Of a stretch of 64,000 nucleotides of DNA, positions 18,920-29,972 are shown one piece after another. Both the position numbers and the translations under genes were made by a program. The notes below the pieces were generated by a model. It saw only the letters and a list, made by a program, of their open reading frames with translations, did no database searches and was not told the origin of the DNA. The stretch is taken from positions 32,001-96,000 of the IMG/VR virus record IMGVR_UViG_3300032053_000011; one strand, 5' to 3'. Origin of the DNA: a virus. Each line of letters opens with the position of its first letter. The first letter of the stretch is position 1.

Positions 18920-19830
18920 ACCGCGGCTCGGACTTCGACGGGCGCGAGCCCGGGTCGAATGTCAGCGGTGATGCGGACGAGCGCTTCCGACTCTTGCATC
19001 CATCCGGCGATATGCATCGCTTCCGCGAGCGCGAGACAGCAGGCGATCGTGCTCTGGAGCACCGAATTCAGATGATGCGGACGGACGCTCGAGGTGTAAT
19101 CGAGCGCCATCAAGCTGAGACGCTCGGCCTTGCAGGCGTGGGCCCGCGAGACTGCGAGCGAGGCATCGCACTCTTTGCGGGTCCCGGTTGGATTCTCGCG
19201 TACGCCCTTGCCGGTGAACGCCCTATCCGCCTCGCCTACGAGACGGGTCATCCGCACACGAAGCTGGCGCAGCACGTCGCTATGAGGCGCGCCATCGAAG
19301 GCGCTGGCGATCACCTGGAGTGCCGCAGCGCGGCGAATCAGGCTCTCACAGAGGTGGTGAAGGCGGCCTACGAGGATCTCGTTCCACGGGTCGATGAATC
19401 CCACCGCGGCTTCGATCGACTTGCAGGCCTCTCGTACGATGCCGATGTGCTGGAGGTTGAGAGCGCGAGAGACCTCCCCCGGCAGGGGAACAACCTCGGG
19501 CGTTATCAACAGGCCCTCGGCGCGCTTTCTCTTGGATTTTGGCTCCACCGGCGAGGATCCTACGGCTTTCCCACACCACGAGCCAGCACCTTGTGTGTTT
19601 TCTGTGGGCAAGCTGTGGACAGCCGTTGCTCGTCCCGTGGAAACCGTGCAAACTCAGGGTCGGATTCGCAAATGGGCGCTGCATCACGCTCCCTGTGAAT
19701 CAAGCCAACGACGCCGCTCACTCCTGCGTCGTGAAGCGGGATGTCCCAACGCCGCGAAGAGTCCGTCCCCCCGGACGACGCGGCGCAGGGCTCCTTGGTC
19801 ATCAACTTGGCGAGACCACACTGGTTTGTC

Positions 19831-21471
19831 TTATTCGGTACCGTCTGGGTCGCTGGGGTCTGGCTTGTCTGGCGCCGGTGCCGGAGGCGGCACGACCCGC
19901 AGACGTCTGCCCTGCTCGCTGCGCTCGAAGTTCTCTCTGATCACGCGGTCGAGGTCTCCCATCTCGGGATCGTGCTCTGATTCGGACTCGGCCACGACAG
20001 GTGGCGCGCTCTTCTGAGCGTCAATCTTCCCCTGGAAGAACCTGCGCTCCGCCTCTGTTCGACGCGCGTGTTCTTCGCGCTTCTTGAGGTTGCGCGCGAT
20101 TGGATCGTCCTCGACCTCGGCATCGACAGACTCGACGGCTTCTGCGGGATCGCCCTCTTCGTCGCCCTCTTCGGCGTCGTCTTCCTCGGCATCATCCTCG
20201 GTGCCCTCGCCATCCTCGTCTTCACTCTCTTCCTCGCCCTCTTCGCCCTCTTCGCCCTCGTCCTGACTATCGGGCAGGACCTCGGGCTCTGGCGCTACGG
20301 GCTCGGATTCTGGCTCGGACACAACGACCGGAGTCTGTGGCGCAACGATGACGGGCGCGGCCACGGGCTGCTCCGCAGGCGGCTCTGCGGCCCGCTCTTC
20401 CGGCGGATCCGGCACGATCATCAGCATCGGTGGTGCTGGTGGCTTGCGGACGATGGTCGGCGTGAACGGGCGCGCCGGGATGCGTGGGGGCGGCGGAATG
20501 TCGTCTGTGCTTGGCGCAGGCGTGCGAGGCATCGGCGGCGGCGGCCGTGACGAGGGCGACTGGCTCTTCCCCTTCTTCCCCTTGGACTTCTTGGCGGCGC
20601 GACGATCATCTTCATCGCGCTCGCGGTCCTTCCTGGCGGTGGCCTTGGACTCGGCGGTAATGATTTCACCGGTGTCGACCAGTCCAGCGGCGGTCATCGC
20701 GAGGATGTAGCGATCGCCTTCCTTCCCGAAGCGATTCTTGTCGGCCATGATCTCGCGGAGTTCAGCGGACCGTGCCACGCGCTTGTAGCGGATGACCGCA
20801 TCGACCCAGAATTCCAGCTTCTTCGGGCCAGCGACGCTGCCGTCGTCGTTGGTCTGGCCGACCAGGAAGACCGTGATGTTGGCCTGCTTCGCAAGCCGCA
20901 CGAGATCTCGCGTCAGACGGCGAATCTGCGCAGTGCCGCCGCGCTGCCCCTTCTCGGACGGCGAGGCAAAGGCCTGGGCCGAGTCGACCACCATCGCCTG
21001 CGGGCGGTGCACATCCGCAGCCCACAGCAGCTCTTCGATCCATTCGCTCTGGAGGAAGCTCACGCGGCTCGAGTCGCCATATCCGAGCCGCGCCACCAGC
21101 CGCGAGAATTGCGACTCAGCCTCTTCGCCGGACACGTAGAGCACGCGCGGGAGAGTCATGCTCAGTCCGACGCACGCTTGCAGCAGCAGCGTCGACTTGC
21201 CGACGCCGCGGTCGCCAACCACCAGCACTACGGACCCAGGGACGGCGCCGCCGCCGAGGACAAGGTCCATGCTGGTCATCGCCGTGGAGACCCGCGGTGG
21301 ATGTTCGCGGGTCATCATGTTCAGCGGACGAATACGCGCCCGAAGCGCCGCATGACCGGCCATCCGCGCACGCAGTTTCCCCTCGCGGTGACAGCCTGGA
21401 CAGTTCAGCCGCCAGTAGCGAGCCGCGATGCCGCAAACCCTGCACTCATACTGGAACTCAGCGTCATTCAC
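19831..21471 (-). CDS. radA: RadA/Sms-like ATPase lacking the Lon-like C-terminal domain, with a Pro-rich and acidic tail
   Basis: Zn finger CRVC...CPGC, Walker A GDRGVGKST, YVSGEE, VVDSAQ, AGPKKLE, KNRFG. Confidence 0.85.
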   Translation of the reverse strand: MNDAEFQYECRVCGIAARYWRLNCPGCHREGKLRARMAGHAALRARIRPLNMMTREHPPRVSTAMTSMDLVLGGGAVPGSVVLVVGDRGVGKSTLLLQACVGLSMTLPRVLYVSGEEAESQFSRLVARLGYGDSSRVSFLQSEWIEELLWAADVHRPQAMVVDSAQAFASPSEKGQRGGTAQIRRLTRDLVRLAKQANITVFLVGQTNDDGSVAGPKKLEFWVDAVIRYKRVARSAELREIMADKNRFGKEGDRYILAMTAAGLVDTGEIITAESKATARKDRERDEDDRRAAKKSKGKKGKSQSPSSRPPPPMPRTPAPSTDDIPPPPRIPARPFTPTIVRKPPAPPMLMIVPDPPEERAAEPPAEQPVAAPVIVAPQTPVVVSEPESEPVAPEPEVLPDSQDEGEEGEEGEEESEDEDGEGTEDDAEEDDAEEGDEEGDPAEAVESVDAEVEDDPIARNLKKREEHARRTEAERRFFQGKIDAQKSAPPVVAESESEHDPEMGDLDRVIRENFERSEQGRRLRVVPPPAPAPDKPDPSDPDGTE

Positions 21472-21962
21472 GATGGCCCGCGCGTCTTTCCGCGTTTCTT
21501 CTGGCGTTCGAGCGCGAGCTTCACGACGACGCTGATCAGATCGTGGGTTCTGGTCCAGCGATCAATCAGCGCAATGGTGAGCGAGAGCGCTACGAGCGCG
21601 AGCGCAGCCACACCGATCCAGGCACACAGCACGAGAGCGATCCAGCCAGCCAGCGTGAGTGCGCTACCCATGAACTCCAAGTGCCTCGGGCGGCAGTCTA
21701 CCGCTTCGAGGAGATACTCCATACCACCTTGAGCCGTCGGCGGCCTGATGGGGCGATTGTCCGGGCGGCGGCGTGTAGTGGCCGCGCGGCAAGACGCAGC
21801 GACAGTTCTCGTTGGTGCCAGCCCAGCACCGCGCAGGCGGCACTGCCATGACCATCGCACGTTTCTTCTTGCTGACCTTGGCCGCCCGGGTCCCGCGTCG
21901 AGCGATACCTGCGCGGATCCGCTCGCCATGCGATTCCGCGGTGCCATCTCCAATGCCCAGTT

Positions 21963-22436
21963 TCACAGTATTTGCTCCGTTGGTGGCTGCACGTTGACCG
22001 CGATCCATGTCTTCGAGGGCTTGCCACGCACCGTAAGTCGCGTGTGGCCGGTCGACACGAGTTCCCCGGACTTTTCGAGCGCGAGGCGCCCATGCCGGAT
22101 GCGGTCCAACGAGGTCGTGTATCCCTGCGTCGCGCAGGCGAGAAGGATCTCCTCGTCGTTCCGGTCAACACCATCGGCCATCGCGACCCTCACCGCCGCG
22201 GCCACCTTGCGCGCCGCCTTGGCAGCCTCCTCCGCAGCAGCGGCGCTGGTCTCGGGGTCGGTGGAGCGAGTCATCCGAAAGCTCGTCATGCTCAGGCCGA
22301 TGATCCTGCTGCGTGCAGCTTCAAGCTCGGTACGCGTACTCTCGAGCGTGGCCTCGAGATCCGCGATCTTCGCTTGAAGCAGCGGGCACTCTGGACACTT
22401 CCCATAGCGGAACAACGGCAGTGAGTCATCCGACAT
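21963..22436 (-). CDS. Coiled-coil plus putative winged-helix protein
   Basis: RSTDPETS..AA followed by R..LEKSGELVSTG.TR. Confidence 0.5.
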   Translation of the reverse strand: MSDDSLPLFRYGKCPECPLLQAKIADLEATLESTRTELEAARSRIIGLSMTSFRMTRSTDPETSAAAAEEAAKAARKVAAAVRVAMADGVDRNDEEILLACATQGYTTSLDRIRHGRLALEKSGELVSTGHTRLTVRGKPSKTWIAVNVQPPTEQIL

Positions 22437-22447
22437 GCGAGCACCTC

Positions 22448-23401
22448 TCAGCGCGATGGCGCAATGGGTCGAAACATACCGGCGTGATTGTATTGCACGT
22501 GCCAGTGCGCGCCCCGTTGGTAGCGGTCATATTCTGACAATACGCTCGGCGCGATGGACCAATGCCCTGTCTCGCGGGCATCAAACTGCACCATGTACTC
22601 GAGCGTATCCCAGGTGCACTCGTCGAACCCACGATCGTGGAGCGCCTCGTCGTCGGTGATGCAGGTCTGGCCGCCGACGGCGATCAGGTCCGGCGGTCGA
22701 ATCGGCATGTGGTCGTTCCCGACGAGCGTGCGCTCCTGGGTCTGCGGCCAGCTCGGGTACTCGTATTCACAGTGGCTGTCGTAGTCGGTGCAAGAATCCC
22801 AGCACGTGTCGTACACGGTGCGGGAACAGGTCGAGCAGGACGTACGTGACGATCGATTACGGCCCGAGCCGGATGTGGTGGTGCGGCAACGACAGTCGTA
22901 GTTTTCCTGGTGCCGATTGCATTGATGCGGATTGCACAGATGATGGCCGCGGACCTGGGTGGTGCAGCTCACATCGAATGCATGGGCATGCATCCGGTCA
23001 TGCCAGTCACTCCCGTGATTGATTCGTCGGGCACGCATGCCGACATGAAAGGTCCAGCGCGTTTCGCTGACGACTGCGTTCGCATCCCGCGTCGCGAACA
23101 CGTAGTACGCGCCTGCGACGAGTCCGCTCAGCATCAGACCAAAGACAAGGCTCATGCCGCCGATGCGACCGGCGCGAGCCCAGGGGAGCGCATCGAGATA
23201 GCGTCCCACCTGCTCGATTCGTGCGAGGTAGGCCGGGCGCTCTCCCGGAACATCGATCTCGGTGGCGCGATAGCCATCGCCGACGCGAATGGTCTTCGCG
23301 CGGCGAGCGCTGTGAAAGCGCTCGAGCCGCGCGACGAGTCGCTCCCACCAACGATCCCCTTCTGGAACGGGATCAGGCCATGAGCTTGCTGCGCCCATCA
23401 A
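22448..23401 (-). CDS. TM protein with Cys-rich domain
   Basis: TM LVFGLMLSGLVAGAYYVF; CNPHQC...CRC...CSTC...CWDSC...C.Y...W. Confidence 0.65.
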   Translation of the reverse strand: MMGAASSWPDPVPEGDRWWERLVARLERFHSARRAKTIRVGDGYRATEIDVPGERPAYLARIEQVGRYLDALPWARAGRIGGMSLVFGLMLSGLVAGAYYVFATRDANAVVSETRWTFHVGMRARRINHGSDWHDRMHAHAFDVSCTTQVRGHHLCNPHQCNRHQENYDCRCRTTTSGSGRNRSSRTSCSTCSRTVYDTCWDSCTDYDSHCEYEYPSWPQTQERTLVGNDHMPIRPPDLIAVGGQTCITDDEALHDRGFDECTWDTLEYMVQFDARETGHWSIAPSVLSEYDRYQRGAHWHVQYNHAGMFRPIAPSR

Positions 23402-24219
23402 TCGTCCAACGCGTCAATGGCGCCGAGGAGAGTGCTCTCGGTCACGGGATCGATGTGCATCTGGATGACCTCTTTCGCGTCGCCGCAGTTCATGATCCGC
23501 TGCCCGAGTTCAATGCGCTCTTCGCGCCACTGCCGCGCAGCGCGGAGCAGGGCCTGGACTCGCGCGCGGTATTCCCTGGGCTTCATGGCCTCGCCGACTC
23601 CGGCATGATGCGGCCATTCTCGTCGATGAGTCGAATGACGTGACCATCGCCGTTGTGCGTGACGAACCACTCGCTGGAGATCGCCATGTACTTGCCGCAG
23701 ACCTCGATCGAAAAGGCGATGCCAGCGGAGCACAGCGCAAGGATCTGCGGGCGCGCGTCCAGAATCGCGAGCAGGTCGCCGTCGGCGTGGTTCATCCCGA
23801 ACTCGTCCGGCTGCGCCGAACCGCAGGAGCACTCCAATCGCCAGTTGCAGCTCATCGTGATGGCGTTCCCGGGAGCTGGAAGCCCTTCTCGAGAAGGCCC
23901 ATCGGCAGCATCCCAATATCCATCGGACGAGCCCTCCACGCCGCCTCCATCATCTCGTTAGAGATCCGGCCTTCGAGCATGTCATTGCCGAAGACCACCC
24001 ATGCAGCGATGAAAGTCTCGCTGTCTCGCGTGAGCTTCGCTGCGTTGATCTTGAACTCTCGACACTGCGTGCGAAGGATCACCGCGCAGACCTCGAATCC
24101 GAGCACCGCCTCCTGGTAGGTCGTGATGAAGATGTCGTTCGCATCGAATCCGATGCGACGCAGCGCCTCCCAATAGGCCCAGCAGGCGAGAACGTCGGGC
24201 GCATATCGATCCGTCGCGC

Positions 24220-24663
24220 TCATCCCACCCTCAGTTCGGTCTCGACGAACCCCGGACAACCGCAGGCGTTGTCCGCGCCGTAGAAGACGATGCACTTGTT
24301 CTCGTCGGTCGCCGCGCGCTCGATCCCGTTGGCGGAGTCGATCAGCTTGCTGCAATGCAGGTCGCGGGCGTGCTGGCATAGACCGCATGCGTCGCCGCGC
24401 TCCTTCCGACGCACGTCGCCCAGCAGTTCACAGCTCTGGACCCGGACATTGAACGTCCAGATCTCGGTGAGGAAGGTTGTGCTGAGATCGCGCTCGAACT
24501 CGGCGACGATCGACTCGCCGACCTCTTCGTCGTGAGTAGCCAGCAGATTACGCAGAAACGTCGCGCCATGGACCAGCGCGTGCGACTCGCTGGTGAATGC
24601 CAACGGAGCAACCTTCACCGATTTGCTGTCGTTCTCGACCATGAGCAAGAAGACGCGGCTCAT
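24220..24663 (-). CDS. Hypothetical protein, tandem paralog of the next gene, with Cys/His tail
   Basis: F..ES.A...G...LR.L.......S.VAEFER.L...VQSCEL shared with 24660..24959. Confidence 0.6.
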   Translation of the reverse strand: MSRVFLLMVENDSKSVKVAPLAFTSESHALVHGATFLRNLLATHDEEVGESIVAEFERDLSTTFLTEIWTFNVRVQSCELLGDVRRKERGDACGLCQHARDLHCSKLIDSANGIERAATDENKCIVFYGADNACGCPGFVETELRVG

Positions 24664-24959
24664 GGAGTGTCCCGCTCGCCTCGTAGCTCGCAGGTCTGCA
24701 CGGACAGGATGTATTGGCCATCCTTGTGTGAGAACTCGATCATGAGTTCTCGCTCGAACTCCGCGACTACGCTGTCCACCAACTCAGCGCTGGCGCCGGA
24801 ATAGAGTTCGCGTAGCCGAGCGACGCCGAGGTTCACCGCATCCGATTCTTTCAAGAAGACCACCGGGATGTCTCCCCCACCGTCATCGCGTTCGGCCGCG
24901 AACAGATACACGGAACTGATCTTGACGAGCGTGTGTGGCATCGATGGGTTCAGGTTCAT
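24660..24959 (-). CDS. Hypothetical protein, tandem paralog of the previous gene
   Basis: SVVAEFERELM...VQTCELRG; start ATG 24959 follows the boxed promoter. Confidence 0.6.
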   Translation of the reverse strand: MNLNPSMPHTLVKISSVYLFAAERDDGGGDIPVVFLKESDAVNLGVARLRELYSGASAELVDSVVAEFERELMIEFSHKDGQYILSVQTCELRGERDTP

Positions 24960-24967
24960 CGAACGAA

Positions 24968-24997
24968 TGGATAGCACATCGATAGCGACCCGGGCAA
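24968..24997 (-). promoter_or_regulatory. sigma70-like promoter with box variant
   Basis: Minus strand TTGCCC-18-TATCCA; box GCTATC GATGT GCTATC (24970-24986). Confidence 0.55.
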
Positions 24998-25000
24998 CCG

Positions 25001-25780
25001 CTACTTTGGGGCCCGATCGACGACTTCGATGATCCCTACGGCGACGGTGCGAATGTGGGCGAGGCGCTCGCGTAGGACCGAGCTGTCATTCTCACGGACC
25101 CAGCGCACGGCCTCACCGATCTTCTCGGCATCCCAGGACTGGATGGCCACACCAGATGCCGCTTCGAACTTCGCGATCGTCTCTCTCAGGTGGGCCGCTT
25201 CGCGTTTCGCGTTTTCAGCGACACCGCGTTCGTATCGCAGCGAGCTTGCATGCCTCATCTCGAGCTCCTCCTTGTTCGTCTCGACACGCTTGGCAGCCAG
25301 AGCGGCGATCTCTTCACCGCTGATCCTGGTGGAGATGTCGACCACATTGCGGAAGATCGAGGCGAGGAACGCACGGGAGATCGGCTCTGGCGTCAACGGC
25401 GGCGCGTCGACCTTCACAGCGAAGCCCTTGCCCTTCGGCACGAGCAGCCCCCAGGTCGGCGGCAGCTCGCCGGGCTGCACGATCGCCGGATCGCTCACAG
25501 CCAGCCACCATCGGTTGCAGAAGCGAAGGATCTCCGCGGCCTTCTCGGGGTCCTTCAACTCCCGCAAGAAGTCCGAGCGCTCGACCTTGATCTCGATCCC
25601 GTGCAGCTCGAGACCGCGGGACGGATACAGGGACATCGCCATGCCATCGGCCGTACGCGTCGTCCGGCCATATCCGGTCTGATTTCGCACGTGCGACAGG
25701 AAGGCCCAGGCCGGTGGCTGATACCGCTCGCGCAGCGCGGCCAGCATCCGAGGCTCCCCCCAACTGTTACGTTCAGCCAT
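25001..25780 (-). CDS. MmcB-like PD-(D/E)XK nuclease-family protein
   Basis: RTADGMAM...HGIEIKVERSDFLREL.DPEK...CNRWWL...ELPPTWGL. Confidence 0.75.
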   Translation of the reverse strand: MAERNSWGEPRMLAALRERYQPPAWAFLSHVRNQTGYGRTTRTADGMAMSLYPSRGLELHGIEIKVERSDFLRELKDPEKAAEILRFCNRWWLAVSDPAIVQPGELPPTWGLLVPKGKGFAVKVDAPPLTPEPISRAFLASIFRNVVDISTRISGEEIAALAAKRVETNKEELEMRHASSLRYERGVAENAKREAAHLRETIAKFEAASGVAIQSWDAEKIGEAVRWVRENDSSVLRERLAHIRTVAVGIIEVVDRAPK

Positions 25781-25792
25781 CGGCGTGCTCGA

Positions 25793-26164
25793 CTACAGGA
25801 CCGCGAAGACCCCGCGACCATCCAAGCGCACCAGGGCGGCACGGTGAACAGGCTCGCCGGTGCTCGCGACGACGAAGGTCTCGAAGAGACGTGGATCGTA
25901 CCGGAGTTGCACTGCATGACTGAAGGTCGCAGCAAACATCCGCACGCCGGTGATCCAGGCGTGGACGTTCTTGGGCCCACCGGCGGCGACCGCGCGACGC
26001 CCGGCGGGCTGCACGGTCATGGTGCAGTCGCGCAGGATCACGATGGGCTGATGATCGAGCACACGGCCGCCATGTTCCCGGATCGAGTAGACCGTCTTGC
26101 CGTCCTGCGACCAATGCAGGTTCTTGTAGACGTCGACTCGTTCCGTCACGAGTTGCAGATCCAT
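25793..26164 (-). CDS. Conserved phage hypothetical protein
   Basis: VYKNLH...YSIR...V..AGRR.V....KNVHAWI.G...YDP. Confidence 0.7.
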   Translation of the reverse strand: MDLQLVTERVDVYKNLHWSQDGKTVYSIREHGGRVLDHQPIVILRDCTMTVQPAGRRAVAAGGPKNVHAWITGVRMFAATFSHAVQLRYDPRLFETFVVASTGEPVHRAALVRLDGRGVFAVL

Positions 26165-26732
26165 GGTTGACGATCCTATCAGGGTTCATGGTCGTGATCA
26201 TCCGTCCTCTGCGATGCTGCAAGCATCGCGTCTCGGCGCGGCAGTCTTGCGAGATGCTCCACAATCGCGAGGCCGCTCTTCGGGTGCGCGTAGACCTCCG
26301 CCTCGACATAGATCGCGAGCAGGGCATCGGTCACCCCATCAGTTCCGCCTGTCTCTCGCGTGAGCTGATGGAGCACGCGGAGGAGGACTCGCTGGAGCGC
26401 ATCGATCTGCGCCGGGCGGAGCTTCTCAACTGAATTGCCCTCGTAGAAGTATTCGAACTCGTAGTTGATCAGCGTGCGAGGCCCGGTTGGGACACACCCG
26501 ATCAGGAGCAGTGCTGCGGTCCGTCTTGGATTCATCATGCTGCCGAAGAGCATGGCCCGCTTGTCACCGAACCAACTGCACCGAATCCAGTCAGTGCCGA
26601 AGAGTTCGTCCGGGAAGTCGATGGGCGAGAGATCGCTGAACGCGCCCATCAGCGCGACGGCCTGTTGCAGCGTGCCGCCGCCCATGGCGACCCTTGTCAT
26701 CAGTTCCTGTTGGAACTCTGCGCGGTAGTCCG

Positions 26733-27179
26733 TCATCGGTGGCGTCCCAGATGCGCGCGGCCCTCTGCCGTGATCCGATAGGCTGATCCCCTCTTCGGGT
26801 CGACCCGTATGATCAGTCCCCTTCCTCTGAAGCGATAGAGCGCAAGGTGGATCGCACTCGTCGTGATGCGTTTGTTCGCCTGCGCGAACTCGCTGATCAT
26901 CGCCGCTGCCGTAATCTGTCCAGCCACCTGCACAACTGCGAGCAGTGCGAGTCCAAGCGTGAGATCGCCCTTCTCGAGGCTCGCGAAAATCTCCGAAACG
27001 GTCTCTTGCGCGGGGAGATGGCCGCACGCACGAAGAGCCATGCGGATGTCGTCTTCCTCGCGCTGAAGAGCCTCGAGCGACTGTTCGATCTCAGCGAGGC
27101 GTGCGAGGAACGCGGCGGCAAGCTCGTCGCTTTCGCGCTTCGCCTCTTTCAACCGCACGATGAGATCGTCCGTCTCCAT
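26733..27179 (-). CDS. Coiled-coil plus winged-helix DNA-binding protein
   Basis: SAIHLALYRFRGRGLI...YRITAEGRAHL. Confidence 0.55.
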   Translation of the reverse strand: METDDLIVRLKEAKRESDELAAAFLARLAEIEQSLEALQREEDDIRMALRACGHLPAQETVSEIFASLEKGDLTLGLALLAVVQVAGQITAAAMISEFAQANKRITTSAIHLALYRFRGRGLIIRVDPKRGSAYRITAEGRAHLGRHR

Positions 27180-27953
27180 CAGTCCATCTCCACGACGCGG
27201 TCGCCGCATGCCCGACACGTCTTGATCATCGCGTGGTAGCCAGCGTACTCGTTCACGTCCTGATGGAATCCCAGCCAACACCGCAACCGTGACCACCATC
27301 GTCGTGGAGCCGGTGCCGTTGACGTCATTGACTCTCGGTACGGATGGCTCACGAATCCTCGAAGACCTTCTGGAACGCCTTGCGCTCGAGACCTGGACGC
27401 GCCTTGAGCCACGCCTCGTCCATTGCGATGATATTCGCGTAGATCCCGTCGTCGCACGTGCTCATCCAGTTCGCCATATCTCGGCATCCCGGAATATACG
27501 ACGTGTAGACCTCATCACGATCGACGGTCTGCGCCTCTCGCAGCAGCTTCCGTGCGGAGACCACATACGCCCGCATGCGAATGAACCCGGCGATCTGTCG
27601 CTCGAGTTGGTGATGGTTGCCACACAGCGTCGCGTCGACCGACGAGCGCTTGTTCGGGCAGCGCTTTGATCTCCATATCCACGGGCAGCGATCTTTCATC
27701 GACAGCTTCACTTGCCGACCGCACCACCGGCCCGTCTTGGATCATCGGTGAGTTTTCCGGTCTCTCGGTGCCGCGTCATGACCTCGCGTACGTCACCATG
27801 CCGTGGGCACACGTCGTTGTCGCCGACATGAAACCAACACCGGCCAACCGAGACGCCGTCGCCAGTGAACTCCCGAATCGCACACGACTTCGGAAAGATG
27901 CACTCTGGATGGATAGGACTTGGTTCGACGGGTTTGCTGTTTGCCATGGCGCG

Positions 27954-27981
27954 AGTATAGCGGATGGCTAGCGCAGCGCAA
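27954..27981 (-). promoter_or_regulatory. Leaderless sigma70-like promoter with box
   Basis: TTGCGC-16-TATACT-6 nt-ATG 27947; box GCTAGC CATCC GCTATA. Confidence 0.65.
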
Positions 27982-27984
27982 GCC

Positions 27985-28680
27985 CTACTTCGTCCAAGAC
28001 GGCAGACATGGTGCCAAGTGCTGCCACAGAGCCGTGGTTGCCCAGAGATCCCGCAGGCAGTACGCCGCGATCTCGGCAATGCGCCCGGCGCGGTACCACT
28101 CGCCGACCTTCGATCCATCGAGCTCACCCTTCGGACTCGGGATCCCGAGCAACTCACACGTGAAGTCGAGGTTGTATGCCTTCGCCTTGCCCCAGATGCT
28201 CAGCTCCTCGCGCAGGTCCATGTGCACATCGCGGTCGTACCACCTCGATGCACACCGATGGAGGGGCTTGATCCCATGGATATACGAGCGGCCTGTCAGG
28301 AATGGCCCATCGAACGAGAACCCGTTGAAGGTCACGATCTGACGCCCCTGGATCGTGCGCCAGAGGTAACTCAGCATCTCGGCTTCGCTGCACTGGATCC
28401 AATCGATGCCATCCTCGCGCCGGGTCGGTCCGCTGCCCTCGTAGAGCACCGCACCGCGTTTCACCACCGGGTTCAGGATTCCGATCACGATCGCCTTGCC
28501 AGTGGCAGGCTCGAGCGCACAGCGGTCCGCGGCGGTCTCGGTGAGCGCGGGGTTCTTGGCCTGCGCCGCCGCATGTAGCTTCTCGAGGTGCGCACGCTGG
28601 CGTTCGCTGAGCTTGTCCCAGAGAGACACGCACTCGGAATCCACCACCAAGGGTTCGCGCCGAGGCGCGCTGGTGCTCAT
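27985..28680 (-). CDS. Stand-alone PolB-type 3'-5' exonuclease (DEDDy)
   Basis: VVDSE, VTFNGFSFDGPFL, LDFTCELLGIPSPK, YCLRDLWAT. Confidence 0.8.
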   Translation of the reverse strand: MSTSAPRREPLVVDSECVSLWDKLSERQRAHLEKLHAAAQAKNPALTETAADRCALEPATGKAIVIGILNPVVKRGAVLYEGSGPTRREDGIDWIQCSEAEMLSYLWRTIQGRQIVTFNGFSFDGPFLTGRSYIHGIKPLHRCASRWYDRDVHMDLREELSIWGKAKAYNLDFTCELLGIPSPKGELDGSKVGEWYRAGRIAEIAAYCLRDLWATTALWQHLAPCLPSWTK

Positions 28681-29215
28681 GGCTTCGGTTTCCGCCAGGA
28701 CGACGGCTCACAACCGTTATGACTCCGTTTGAAGTCTGCGGCCTCACGCTCGACGTCATCGCCGTATTCGCGATCGAGCCGTTCGGCGTCCGCGAACACG
28801 TCCGCGTACCGAGGATCATTCGCGGTCTCGATCAATCCAGCGACGAAGGGAAGGGCGGACGGATCAGCGGGCGCCGGTCTGATCAGATGCTTTCGCGCGA
28901 ACGCAACGATGCTTGGCACATCAGCGATGGGCAGGGACTCCTCGATCTTCGCAGCGCCACCGCCATGCGCGCACCCATAGACGCGCTCGACCAGTCCATC
29001 GTCTGCCTCGCCGTGGATCCACGACACGGACACGAACCGCCCATCCTCGCGCCACAGAATGTGTGCGCTCGAGCAAGTCAGCGGCTCGATGTCTACCGTC
29101 GCATCCAGCACGTCGGCAATGATGCTGCTGTATCGCGCGAGGCGTCGGAGTTCATTGGACTGGCTTCTGACGATGCTCGCCGGTGTCATGTCGGTATCGT
29201 TGGGTTCGGCGGATC

Positions 29216-29602
29216 TCATGATGATGTTCCCTCGGCCGCAGCAGCGGCGGCGATGGCGCGGTCGAACGCGGCGAGCATGACCGGGTGCGCGACCGTGTCC
29301 TGCCAGTAGCAGAACGCCTTGGTCGGACACGCTGCGTCGAGCATCCGAATGGCCAGGAGATACTCTCCGCTTTCGACGCGCTCGGTCGGCAGAACCGCGA
29401 ATACGGCGCCGTAGCCACACCATGAAACCGCGGTGGGTGAATCTGGTTCGCACTTCTCGCCGTTCGCGTCGCGTGCGGACATACCTCTGCCAACGAACCA
29501 CGCCTCGGGCCTATCGATGAGCGCTCTCGCTGCGATGAGGGCTTCGCGCACGTTCATGCTGCCGGTCGCGGGGTCTGGTGTGGGCGCGTCCGGCTGGGTC
29601 AC
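29216..29602 (-). CDS. DUF6197-like phage protein
   Basis: AARALI..P.AW...ARD..G....A.SWC..GAV...H..MLAAFDRAI; paralog of 62776..63246. Confidence 0.6.
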   Translation of the reverse strand: MTQPDAPTPDPATGSMNVREALIAARALIDRPEAWFVGRGMSARDANGEKCEPDSPTAVSWCGYGAVFAVLPTERVESGEYLLAIRMLDAACPTKAFCYWQDTVAHPVMLAAFDRAIAAAAAAEGTSS

Positions 29603-29972
29603 GATGGAGTCCTCTCAGCGCTGCGGCGGTAGTGGCGCGCCTCATCGATCATTCGCAGCACCGCACTTCGCACGTTGTCGGCGATCTCTTCGGAAGATGT
29701 CGCTTCGATGGCTGGGTGCGCAGCCACCACGCCGATGGACATCGTGAGCGCAAGAATGATGTCTTCGAGCGATAGCTCCGCGGCCAGCACCACGTCGTCG
29801 ATCGTGTTGCTCAACTCGATGATCGGATCGTTCACCGCCGTGTCGTCGTCGCTCATGGCCGTCCGTCAGTATCCAGCGCCGCGTCGGAGTCGCGCCACAC
29901 CCGCGAGCAACGCCTCGGCAGCAGCATCTCGCGGAGTCGTCTTGCCGTCGCTGTGGATCGTCACAATCTGCG

